Assembly (NCBI GenBank): GCA_012295275.1
Contig: CM022678.1
Span: 7,254,001 to 7,318,000, forward strand
Source: Chrysomallon squamiferum
Lineage: Eukaryota; Animalia; Mollusca
Length of the DNA stretch: 64,000 nt
Reading direction: 5' to 3'
Shown: positions 1 through 14,473 of the stretch, piece by piece
Layout of the letters: each line of letters starts with the position of its first letter
Numbering within the stretch: the stretch's first letter is position 1
The notes under the pieces: model-generated
What the model was told of the DNA's origin: nothing
What the model saw: only the letters and a program-made list of their open reading frames with translations
The model's database searches: none
Translations under genes and position numbers: made by a program

Positions 1-469
1 CTTTAAATTGTTTTCCTGTTGTGTAAACTGTCCTTTTAAAAGAAACAAAATCGTGCCTTACCAGCACAAATTTAAATTCATCAGCACTGAATAAGGATTA
101 ACTCCCTGTTTGTAATTCTTTTCATCGGTCTACCTGTCTCTTTATCCATCTATCTGCCTAACTACATACATACATATATACATTGACAATAAAAACTTAA
201 AAAATTCATCAGTCTTCAAAAGTCATAGAACAGAAACAAGGAAAAATATTCACTATTTCAATATTTCATGACGTGATTAACGAAAAATATGTTAATTAAT
301 TATTAAATGTCCGTTATTTTTCTCTCTCTCTTTTTTTTTTCTGCTGCATTGTCAATCCTTTGACACTTGATATACACAACTAACATCTATCAACAGTCAA
401 TAAAAACAATAAACCAACATGTCAACAATCGAGAAAACAATCATTAATAAAAAAAAAGATTTCAGTTAT

Positions 470-676
470 TTCTATTGGACAAATAAATTCCGGTTACGTG
501 CCTTACATGGCACCCATTACGGAAGTGCATTAATTATTATCACTTTTCCTTCTTTGTTTTTTGTGATTACATTTGCCCATAAAGCGTGAAAATTAATTTA
601 CAACGAGGATGGTCATCTGTATTTAAAATCGAAAATTTCTCTCGTTCGTTCCGTAAATCCTTCTGAGACCTCTGCA
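470..676 (+). promoter_or_regulatory. Proximal promoter/5' UTR of peptide gene copy 1 (duplicated at ~4414-4620)
   Basis: TATA-like TATTTAAAA at 620-628, ETS-type ACGGAAGTG at 519-527, bZIP-like TTACGTG at 494-500 and inverted CCAAT (ATTGG) at ~474-478, all retained in copy 2. Motif matches only. Confidence 0.5.
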
Positions 677-1084
677 ATGAAGGCAGTATTCATCTTTCTG
701 GCTGCTGTGGTAGTTCTCGTGGTTAGTGCTCTCCCGCTTTCAGTGGCAGACGATACCGATGACGTCGAGAGAGAAGCAGATGATGATGACGGTGCTGTTG
801 TTGACATGCGCGACCTCTCTGAAGACGACTTTCGTGAAATTGTTGAACACGTACGAGAAAATCTAAAACGAGCTGCAGGTGAGTTGTCTTGCTGTAGTTA
901 GAAGTTAAAGGGTTAAACTTTACTCTGAGGTAAAAGGGTTAAAGTAAACAGTGGTGCAAAATAAAAAGATTATCTGAAAAGAACAATACGAATAATAATT
1001 AAGAAAGAATTTATATATTTTTCAGAGCTTTCTCTTTCTGCATATGTTTTCCTGTACAAGATTAATTATTTCCCTCTCGCTCAG

Positions 1085-1178
<94 letters not shown>

Positions 1179-1361
1179 TTTTCTCTGTATAATATATATA
1201 TCTGTCCTATCTATCTGTCTATGTATATATGTGTGGATGTATCTATTTGTCTGTCTGTCTCTCTGCCTGTGTCTATGTCTATCTATCCATCTGTATCTAC
1301 CTATCAATGTCTATCTATCTATCTATTTATCTACCTATGTATGTATGTATCTATCTATCTC

Positions 1362-1405
<44 letters not shown>

Positions 1406-1804
1406 CCTATCTATCTAATGTATCTCTAAATCTATCTATATACCTCCCTATCACATTCACTCACTCTCTTTCTCAATCTCGACTCAACATTTTTTTTCAT
1501 CTCTCTAATTCTCATTCCTCTCCGCAATCGCACAGAACATACTGTAACATTTAATTTTATTTGTTATTTTTATTTTTTTATTTTTCAACAAGATGAAATG
1601 ACTGTGAACCACGTAGAGATGATGGACGACGAGTCAAAGCTTCAGAAGAGACTTCTAAACTGGAAAATCAACAACAACTGGTCTGCTGGTATCGGAGGAA
1701 TCACTTGGCAAAACGACAGAAGGAACCTAAAGTTCAACATCAAACCTACGTTCACTGGTTTGAGACCCACCGGCTTCAGAGCCGGTCTTACTTTCAGATT
1801 TTAA
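677..1804 (+). CDS. Secreted prepropeptide, copy 1, join(677..878,1593..1804), 137 aa; putative antimicrobial/defence peptide precursor with a 50-aa cationic mature peptide
   Basis: ATG 677 starts a hydrophobic signal peptide (MKAVFIFLAAVVVLVVSA|LP) followed by a D/E-rich pro-region. Phase-1 donor GCAG|GTGAGT at 878/879 and T-rich acceptor TTTTCAACAAG|AT at 1592/1593 join in frame (...KRAA-D-EMTVNH...). QKR dibasic site, then LLNWKINNNWSAGIGGITWQNDRRNLKFNIKPTFTGLRPTGFRAGLTFRF*. AATAAA at 1852-1857. The paralogue conserves both exons. The function is inferred. Confidence 0.85.
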
Positions 1805-3921
1805 AACTGTTGAGAAGATTTGCTTTTGAATGTTAAATATTTTGGAATTGAAATAAATTGTTTTACTTTAATTTGTAGTGTGTTCCTGTATTACACTTTT
1901 CCTGCAGTTTATTTCATTATATTCATAGTTGTGGTAATTGTTTTTATTGTTTTGTACAGATACTAAATACCTACACAGACGGTGTTTTCAGTTTTCTTAA
2001 ATATTTCAAAGGCGTGACGTCAACAATATAATGACGTATTATAAATACATTTATGCTTGACGTTGTTCTGGGCGAATAATAATAGAAACAACTCCGGATT
2101 AAAACATTGTAATAATAACTTATAATGACACGCTGTATTTAAAGGACCTTTACTTAGTTCACTGAAAGAAGGTTTCCACATAGGTCCACAGGATCAATCC
2201 TAGGTATTTCTATTCATTATTCTTTTTTATTTTATTTTTTTCTGAATTTCATACATTACTACACTTTGTGGTTTGGTTTACTCGTTGGCACATATATATA
2301 ATATTCAATTCTATATATATATATATATATATTTACTGGATGGAACGGAAAAATTATATATACATATGTATGTATGTATGTATGTGTGTGCGTTTGTATG
2401 TACGTATGTGTACAATATGCATGTACATACGCATACGCACACAGTACGCACAGAGGACACTCAAGCATGTATATCCCGGCAATAAATATCGTTAAGAAGA
2501 AATTAAATATTTTATTTTAAAGATGTTCTTAGTACATTGTAGTTAAGTTAGATGTTTTGGGAGAAACAGTTAAGAACCATTAAAATAATAAGAAAGGAAA
2601 CCCGCTTGTGGGACGTAATGACCTACACTTTTAGATTAGCAGAGAGGGATATTTTATGTACACCTTCCTACTAGCAAGAGTATCCCCCGAGACTTTTGTT
2701 ATATCAGTTGAGGGGCATTGGCTAGAACGAGAAATAATTCTAAATATTTGAATACGAAAAGTTCAACTCAGTAACAGTATATAATATCTTTATTTATTTA
2801 TTAATTTATTTACTTATTTATTTATTTATTTAATTATTTATTCATTTATTTATTTACTTAATTGTTCACTTTTTTGTTTTCTATTTATTTATTTACTTAA
2901 TTGTTCATTTGTTTCTTGTTTTGTTATTTATTTATTTATATATATACTTGTTTGATTCTGTGTTTATTTATTTATTTGTTTGTTTGTTTATTTATTTGTT
3001 TTTTTATTATTTATTATTTATTTTGTTTTTGTTTGTTTATTTGTCATCATCATCATCATCATCACCAACATTATTATAGTTGTTGTTGTTGTTGTTGCTG
3101 CTCCTGTTGTCGTTGCTGCTGCTGCTTCTGTTCTGAATTTTACTGATCGCGCAAACTCTCTAAAGACTGAGTAAACGAAGGCACCGCCTTTACTTGCTGT
3201 TAACAAAAACATTTTTGCTGAATAAAATTCTGATACATTCTTGTATAACACAACGTGTATGAAAGATATATTTACATAATAATTAAAATGTCAAAAAAAA
3301 ATATGTACTCCTCCATCTTCATTAATGTAAGCTTTCTGAATAGAAAACAAATCCCAATAAAGTCAAAGATTTTCAAAGAATTCCTTTCATGTTAAAAAGA
3401 CACCTGAAAACTGCTTACGTTTAGTTGCATATTTAAGAATGAAAGAAAATTTTTATTTTTGGGCTGTCGCTGTACACTATTAGTGTTAACTTGTTAGGAA
3501 AGTAATCAACAAATTATTAATACATGTCCGACTTGATACCTGGCCTGATTCGATCTCAGTGTCTGTCATTCCAAAGGATGATGCTTAACCTTGACGATGA
3601 CGTCAGAACCGGTAATTATTTTGTAGTGACAGACTTCCCGTGCGATTTAACCTGCAAAGGGATTGTTCAAAATTTATGTTTTAAACAGCTTAGAAAATGG
3701 AGCGATAAATAGAACATTCTTAACATAAAAACACATATTTATATTATTATTTATATGAGTTATGTTTGTGCGTACGTGTTAGTAAACTCACTGCAGACAT
3801 AACAAGTGATTCTGCAATATGTATTTTTATATCTTCAAACAGTGAAGATTTTTCTATTCAACAAAGCAGTTTTACATCAAAGTTTTTGCAAGTGTGACTT
3901 GAGGTGAAAGATGCAAAAAAT

Positions 3922-6002
<2,081 letters not shown>

Positions 6003-6021
6003 TTCTGTCTTTGAATCTCTG

Positions 6022-6145
<124 letters not shown>

Positions 6146-7253
6146 GCGCGATAATACAGTTACAGATAACCACAGACACTTACTTTCTTTCGACAGACAG
6201 AGACAGGTAGAGAGAAAAGGACACACATGCACCATTCATTTCTATCATCACTTCAGCGCATTATGACTAAATTCTGAAATTGAAATCATCATTAGACAAA
6301 CGTACTCAACCATTCCCAAATAAACACAACACACCGGGTGTGGGCGGAGGGTGGGGGAATGAAACTAACATTTCAGAAAATGAGGGGGGGTAGTAATTTA
6401 GTTCATATAATCTTCAAGATGAAAGAATTTAATTATAAAGACGAAAAAAAAAAATAAACAACTGTAACACAAATATTGAAACGTCATGTTTCTCGAAATT
6501 GTTCCCTCATATCATTGTACCACGATTTGAAATATTTTTTCCCGATGGATGACGATTTAATTAATTTCTTCACACTAACACAATCAGCAAATAATAAAGT
6601 AAATGGTGTTCGGAATGGAAAGTTTATTTGTTATCTTCTTGTTGTGTGTCATGCAATTAGATAATGAGATAACGACCAGCCATTTTCAATGGGAACAAAC
6701 AAACTGAATAATTATTTTGTTTAACGTAGAATCTTTTGGGATTAATTTGTAACTGATTATATGACGAATGAGATACAATGTAATGAAAGATGAAAGAGCA
6801 AATAAAGAAAGGAAGAATGAAAGAAAATGAAATGAGATATAGTGAAAGAGAGAAAGAACAAAGAATGAAAGGAAGAATGAAAAACATATTGAAAGATATG
6901 AGATTGAATGTAATGAAAGATTGAAAGAGAAAAGAAAGAAAGGAAGAATGGAAGAAAAGAAAGAAAGGAAGAATGGAAGAAAAGAAAATTGAAAGATATA
7001 AGTTTGATTGCATTGAAAGAATGAACGGGAGAAAAAGTAAAGAAAATAACAGAAAAAACCCGTTAAACAATGAAGAAAGCAAAATGCACTAAATACGAAA
7101 GAAAGAATGAAGAGATAAAAAGAACAAAATTACTGAAAAGGAAAGAAAAAAAATCCCACTAAAAAGAAGTTTTAAAAGGAAAAAGAACAAAGAATGAGGA
7201 AAAAATTAAAATAAAATAAAATAAAAATAAATAAATAAATAAATATAAATAAG

Positions 7254-7284
<31 letters not shown>

Positions 7285-7348
7285 AGGAATTCTAAAAAGA
7301 TAGTAAATAAAACATCAAGAAAACAATGCAAAGAAATAATAAATGAAG

Positions 7349-7425
<77 letters not shown>

Positions 7426-8510
7426 GAGAGGGGTATTTACTATATTGTCATTCCACGATATTTCAAACGAAAAACATTAATTTTTTTTATTTTTATGTTT
7501 TTCATCTTATTTCATTTATTTAATTATACACTTGTATTACGCATATAAAATGGTAACAACAACAACAACAACAACAACTTCAAAAACCGACGATAGTGAC
7601 TATACTCTATACGGCGAGGATACAAAACCTACACAGATCGAGTCCCTAGTTTACTGGATGGAATAAAACATTATAGTAAATTAAGACTTTCAAGAAAAAT
7701 GTACATGAACGTCATTCACATATGATATCATAATGACTGCATGTTTTAGAAATATGCCTACGTTTCATTACTGCGAATAACCGAAACACAGCACTGCATT
7801 CCTGAGAAAAAGGGTAAAAAAAGAGGCGATCAAGCTATTGATGTCGCCTGCACTATGAATCTGACGAAGACAAACGAACATTCACGAAAGCGTTCGGTAT
7901 GAATCGTGAAACGTATTAGAACGATTCGTAGCTTAAAAATAAAAATCTGCCCATTTTATGAATGGCTTGATCTTGAATTATATGCAAATTTAAAATCATT
8001 AATTAATGTACGTATACAGTCAACTAATTTATGTTTAATTTTTCTTCTTCTTCTTCTTCTTCTTATTGTTGTTGTTGTTGTTATTATTATTATTAAACGT
8101 AATATTATTAAGAGCAGTATTAATATTAGTATTAGAATTAATATTAATAATATTTGTAGTTGTAGTTCTAGTACAAGTTATAAAAAAACTCGTTGTACTA
8201 GAATTAGTATTTTTATATTAGTATAATTATAATTAATATTAATAATAGTGCTTATAGGTGTAGTAATAATAGAAGCAGTGGAAACAGAAGTAGCAGTAAT
8301 AGTCGTTGTAGTAAAATTAGTGAACATATAAGAGCTGAAGTAGTTGTAGTGGTTGTGGTAGTAGTAGTACTAATAGTTTTAGTAGCAGTAACATTAGTTT
8401 TAGTATTAATAGTAGTAGCAGTAATAACAGTAGTCGTAGTAGTAGAAGCAGAAATAGTAGTAGAAGTAACAGTAGTAGTAGTAGTAATAACAACAGCAGC
8501 AGTATATAGT

Positions 8511-8612
8511 CACTATACTAATAGAATATGTAGTAGAATTATTTTGTTCTAGTAGTGATTGTATTAAAAATAGGATTAGTAATAGCAGTAATAGTAGTAG
8601 TAATAGTAGTAG
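8511..8612 (+). repeat. Dispersed ~100-bp repeat embedded in (TAG)n; direct copy at ~26476-26573
   Basis: Shared GTAGTAGAATTATTTTGTTCTAGTAGTGATTGT..AAAAATAGGATTAGTAATAGCAGTAATAG. Confidence 0.85.
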
Positions 8613-8852
8613 AAGTAGTAGTAAGAGTAACAGTAGTAGTAGTAATAGCATTAGTAGAATAAGTAGTAGTAATAGTAGTAATAATAACAGTAATAGTAGT
8701 AGTAGTAGTAGTGGTAATAGTAATAGTAGTAATAACAGTAGTAGTAATATAGTAGTTGTTATAGTAGTACTAATATTAACAGTAGTAATATTAGTAAAAA
8801 TAGTATAACAGTAGTGGTAATAGAAGTAGTAGTAGTAGAAGTAGTAGTAGTG

Positions 8853-8910
<58 letters not shown>

Positions 8911-9096
8911 CATAGAAGAAGAAGAAAGAGAACAAACTAATAACAATACTAATCTGCTACCAGGATTCGAACCCCCCCGCCGCCGCTCTTTACCAAACGT
9001 GGCAATCATTTCGATCAATTTATTTCTACCGTCTTTGTTTACAGAAACCAGCGACCCCATTATTTTCCAATCTGCACGTCACACGCTTGACAGCGT

Positions 9097-9112
9097 GTCA
9101 TAGAGGGCAGCA
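9097..9112 (+). promoter_or_regulatory. CTCF-like motif
   Basis: GTCATAGAGGGCAGCA matches the AGAGGGCAG core; it lies between the peptide cluster and the next promoter. Confidence 0.3.
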
Positions 9113-9470
9113 CTGAGCTGGGGAACGTGGTCAGGTTTATGAGTGAGATTTAGGAAATATCTGACATGAATTGGCGTTAGCGTATTGACCTACTATCCTG
9201 TCGTTTTTTTTTTTTAGTCGAAGCAGTGTGTGCGTAGTTATTTGTGTGTGGATGTCGTTGTTGTATGTGGCTGTGTGTGTGCGTGTGAGTGTGCGTGTGT
9301 GTGTGTCTGTGTGTGTGGGGGGATATATGGGTTTATATATTTATGTATTTGTGTGTGTATATATGTATGTGTGTATGGTTTTGTGTGTGTGTGTGTGTGT
9401 GGTTAAATGGGTTTATATATTTATGTATTTGTTTGTGTATATATATAATTATGTATGTATGGGTTTTTTA

Positions 9471-9503
<33 letters not shown>

Positions 9504-9576
9504 TGTGTGAGAATCTATTTCTGTGTCAGTATGTGATTGTATATATATTTGAATGTGTGTTCTGTATGTATAAATT

Positions 9577-9666
<90 letters not shown>

Positions 9667-10125
9667 CCAAATATATATATATATAAATAGCTTGTATGCT
9701 CATGAAAGAATACGAAATATAGTAGATATAGTATATTATAGTATATATATATATATATACACACGAAATATAACAAATATTTAAATAAATGGTTAACACT
9801 GATACTAAAAAAAATCAAAAAAAAAACAAACAAACAACGTCAGCGATGAAGAAAACAACGAGGTATCCAACATCAACCAAACACTGCATGGTTCGCAGTC
9901 GATTACGCCAACAAGCGACATGCAGAAATATTCACCTTTCCAATTAACACGCACGCACGCTCACAAAGGAAACTACATCTACCTGATTAATTAGTTTTCA
10001 TTCTGCTATGACTACAGACAAACAACAATCGTTGAGCAAGCGTTAATTAAAGTAAGGTGCAGACAAATAATGATAATGATAAGAATAATAATAATAATAA
10101 AAATAATAATAAATAAACAGAGCTC

Positions 10126-10245
10126 GTTGCTAACAACACCAGCTGGCGTAAACAAACGAAGTAAAACCATTGTGTGTTCGACTGGTAACTGGGTTCACGG
10201 GTGGGTCAGTATAAATAGGGTACCCGGCGAATACAGCGTCAGTTT
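10126..10245 (+). promoter_or_regulatory. Core promoter of the CSPP1/CCDC66-motif gene: TATA box + initiator, with upstream X-box-like and forkhead sites
   Basis: TATAAATA at 10210-10217 lies 31 nt upstream of the A (10241) of a TCAGTT initiator. GTTGCTAACAAC at 10126-10137 is X-box-like; GTAAACAAA at 10148-10156 is a forkhead motif. Confidence 0.7.
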
Positions 10246-10331
10246 GTAAGCGAAACAGCGGAGGAGATACACACACGTAGAGGAATTCTTTTGTTTTGTT
10301 TCTTGTATTTTGTTACCTGTGATATTTCAAG
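10241..10331 (+). other. Non-coding first exon (5' UTR); intron 10332..12383
   Basis: Starts at the Inr and ends at consensus donor CAAG|GTAAGA. The matching acceptor CGTTTGTTTCAG|C at 12383/12384 lies 8 nt before ATG 12392. Confidence 0.65.
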
Positions 10332-10439
10332 GTAAGATTTAGGAATTGAATTTATGGTTTTGTAGTAGTTGGAATTTTTGCATGTTTTAAAGATAATGAT
10401 TTTGTAGGAAGCAAACTATATGTATCTTTTCTTTGGGGG

Positions 10440-10542
<103 letters not shown>

Positions 10543-11224
10543 ATCTCTCAACAGTTTTTCTTTCTCTCAGACTTGGTCTTTCTCTTTGTATCTATTTTAT
10601 TTTCTTCTGTTATTTTTTTTTTTTTTTTTTGTCAAATGGTTATACACATTCTCTAATATTTTTTCAAGTAATTATAATAACGCGTCTGTCCCTTGTGTAC
10701 ATTCATGTTTATACAACGCGTTTGTTGTCATTTCGTTGTCAAGCGTGTGTTTCAAAACCTCATTTACATATTACGCAAAACCGTTTTAAACAAGCAGGTC
10801 ATGTGACATATCGATCTGAAAGAAAATCGTTCTGTTCTATACGAGTATCAAAAGGATTAATTATTACACAATTCACAAAGCTGTGTTACGCAGCAGTCAC
10901 GTGACCTTTACCCTTTTTGTACTTTACGTAATCTGTTATTTGAAAGGTAACGTTAGCAAGAACGTTATAGTTTCTTTTGTGTCAGTTAATATATCTTCAG
11001 GTTAAATTAAATATCAGTAATAATGATTATTTCATTTTGACCCTTGAAAAAATAAATCATTAATACGTTTGTTCGCTTCATTTTTCTTTTCTTTCTTTCA
11101 TTCTTTTAAAAAAATTTTTTTTATCAACAATGTTTGTTAAAATAGTCTAGAATTTATTTTTTTTTCATTTTCTTTCACAATTTTTCTCTTTTTCTATTTT
11201 GCCTTCGGTAGTCTAGAATTTTTT

Positions 11225-11670
<446 letters not shown>

Positions 11671-12391
11671 TATCTCTCTCTGTCACTTTATTTCTGTAAC
11701 CGTTTATCTCTCGCTACAGGTAGTGTGTATGTTTCAGTCTTATCACTTCTTATCTGTCACTGCCGAATTTAAACCTGTGCGTACGTCAATGTGTCTATCA
11801 GTGAGAAAATTACAAATAAGATAATTAGCTGATAAACTAATTTGTGTGAGCGTTAGTCTATAGCCCTGCAATACTGATAATTACTAATTTAACGTTATTT
11901 TTATATAGTTAGATATTTTTGTGTTATAAAATTATTATTTTTTTTTTTACATTTACAGTAATATAGTAGTTTAATTATTAAATTTTTGTAACGATATAGT
12001 GAGTTATTTGTTTTTATTAAATATCGTAATTGGTTATTACTTTTATAATAATAGAATGTATTTGTTGTTCTATAATAAAATAAATTGGTTATTTCTATAT
12101 ACTAATTATTTGTTATATGATACCGTGATTAGATATCTGTTTAAAATAACTGGTTATTTTTAATAATAATAATAATTTACTTAGTTATTTGTTTTATGAC
12201 AAAAAAGGGAGTAATTAGTTGATAATAATATAATTAGTTGTTACAAAAAAGGGAGCAGTTAATTTATAATACTATAATTAGTTATTACTTTTACAATAAC
12301 AAAGTTAATTACTATTTTATATAAAAAAAAAAAAAAAAAAAATAATGATAATTTCCATATTAATAATCTCGCGTTTGTTTCAGCTTCGACC

Positions 12392-13251
12392 ATGATGTTC
12401 AGCAACTACAACGACCAGGAACCATCGAGAGGTTACGGCCGATGTCATTCCAACGACAACAGGTCGCGAAACATGGCGAAGGACGGCACCACCACCAACA
12501 ACGGCAACCAGCTAGGAAGCGCTGTGAGCAGAGACCCCTACACCGGAGCAGAGTTACCTCCCGCGATCCACCGAACCCACATGACCGTCGGAGAGAGGAA
12601 ACGTCTGCAGTGGGCGAAGGAACGCGGTGACGAAGAAATGATCTCGAACCCGTACGGACACCAGAACAGGACGTACCAGAACACCAGCGCGTTGACCAGC
12701 CCCTTTTTCACAGAGAGCACCAGCAGCAGCAGCAGCATCAGCAGCAACAACGCCGTGAACAGGAGCCCTAACCCCTCGGCGGCCAGGAGACCGTCGTTCG
12801 AATCCAGACAGCGATCGGCCGAGAGCAAAGCCAACAACCAATCAGCAGCCGACACGTACGACCCGTGGGGTAAGCCAGGGGAGGCGCGTGCAACGATCCG
12901 GTTCTGAAAGCGAGGGAGCCCGCCGCGCAGTACGACTGCTTGGGTCGCCCCGTGCCGGAAGACGGCAACAACCTTCTGCTGCTTCAGGACTCGTTCGGGT
13001 CAAAGGTCAGGCAGCCGCAGACGACCGAAGACTCGAAGAAGGAGTGGATGGCGGACCTGAAGCAGCAGATGGAGGAGAAGCGACTGAGGCAGCTGCAGGA
13101 GCGAGAGGCGGAGAAGTCGCTTGGGGACATGTCGTGGCTGGACAGGTTCACAACAGATCACAAACCCGTGCCGCTCCCCCACCAAGTCGACGCGTTGAAG
13201 AACGTCATCTCGAAACCGTACGGCTTCAGTCTGCAGCAGCCCGGGTTTTAA
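12392..13251 (+). CDS. CSPP1/CCDC66-motif coiled-coil protein (~286 aa), single coding exon, with a one-base frameshift at 12878-12881 as assembled
   Basis: GC-rich island with coding-type composition in AT-rich flanks. Frame 1 gives ...MTVGERKRLQWAKER...YDPWGKPG. Adding one G gives GGACNDPVLKAREPAAQYDCLGRPVPED...KKEWMADLKQQMEEKRLRQLQEREAEKS...QQPGF*. This restores DPWGKPGGGA, a motif I recall from CSPP1/CCDC66-type centrosomal/ciliary proteins (recognition, not a database hit). AATAAA at 14143 and 14257. Confidence 0.75.
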
Positions 13252-13280
13252 AATCTGACAACGTCGTCCTCCTCGACTTT

Positions 13281-13760
13281 TTGTATCATTCTTGTTTCAA
13301 GATTGTCAGAGAATTTTATATCATTTTTTGCTCCAAGACTGTCATAGAATTTTATATCATTTTTTGCTCCAAGACTGTCATAGAATTTTATATCATTTTA
13401 TTCTTAGACTTTTATAACATTTTAGTTTGAGATTGTCATATACTTTTGTATCAGTTTATTTCATGACTGTGATAGATTTTTATATTATTTATTTCATGAC
13501 TGTCATAACTTTTTATATTATTTATTTCATGACTGTCATATTTTTTTTATATATTATTTATTTCATGACTGTCATAGATTTTTATATCATTTATTTCATG
13601 ACTGTCATAGATTTTTATATCAATTTATTTCATGACTGTCATAATTTTTTATATTATTTATTTCACGACTGTCATAGATTTTTATATCAATTTATTTCAT
13701 GACTGTCTCAGACCTTTATAGCTTTTTATCTGAAGACTGTCATGTACTTTTATATCAGTT
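13281..13760 (+). repeat. ~33-bp minisatellite (~14 degenerate units) in the presumed 3' UTR
   Basis: Repeated unit GACTGTCATAGATTTTTATATCATTTATTTCAT. Confidence 0.9.
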
Positions 13761-14335
13761 TTTCATTAAGGTTTTCAGCAATTGTACTTAATTCATGGAC
13801 ATATTAAGTGTATGTAGGCTGATTTTAAAAAAGAAGTCATTGTCACCACATCGCTAATCAAGATAGGTAGTCGTAGAGTTTGAGATTTAGGCTTTTATTT
13901 ATTTATTTTTTTTTTTAATTATTTTTATTAAGCAAATTATTTTATTATATTTTTTAAATCTAATTTATTTAGCATGCTGTAGAATGTGGAATTTAATCCC
14001 AAATATTCTAGACGATCGATTTGTATATAATAAATAATTTTAATTTATATATATATACGTACGTATACAGATATTTATATTTGACGTGTCAGCGTAACAA
14101 TTGATGTATGTGTGTGTATTTTATGTATATATGTGTATCGAAAATAAAGTATACTTTGTAAAAAAAAAAAAGAAAACTGTTTGTTTTGTATATATATTAT
14201 TTTTGCTGTCTTTATGTCAAGGTCATCAGATGTAGTACAAAAATGAAGTTTTACTTAATAAAAGTCATAAGAACTTAAAAGTAACAAAAGCTACGATTTC
14301 GTTTCAGTAACTGATATAATGTATGTAGACTGCCT

Positions 14336-14473
<138 letters not shown>

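Larger units (their letters stand above)
1..1999 (+). repeat. Tandem segmental duplication, unit A (promoter + gene + 3' flank); probably extends beyond the window start
   Basis: Position 1 CTTTAAATTGTTTTCCTG aligns with 3922; homology runs to GGTGTTTTCAGTTTTCTTA (1999 vs 6002). Confidence 0.95.

Noticed and set aside
95-106. NF-kB site upstream of the peptide genes (GGGAGTTAATCC on the minus strand)
   Set aside because: Spacing is longer than the 10-11-bp kB consensus; too weak to call.
613-807. Antisense ORFs 613-807, 4557-4751, 12538-12855, 12554-12841 and overlapping 12888-13430
   Set aside because: Shadows of the real coding exons.
1790-1804. RFamide neuropeptide (ends ...FRF)
   Set aside because: No glycine amide donor or basic site follows; the stop comes directly after Phe, and there are no repeated peptide copies.
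8955-8990. tRNA gene (B-box GGTTCGAATCC on the minus strand; similar GGATCGAATCC at 35578-35588)
   Set aside because: No cloverleaf or properly spaced A-box; at most decayed tRNA-derived SINE heads.
12899-12910. Antizyme-like +1 frameshift at TTC TGA
   Set aside because: A +1 shift enters the 12888 frame (low-information Ala/Gly/Arg text). The conserved motif and coiled coil need the -1 frame from 12880.
12870-12987. Intron from GG|GTAAGC resolving the frameshift
   Set aside because: The best acceptor (CTTCAG 12987) gives the wrong phase, and splicing would delete the GKPGGGA motif.
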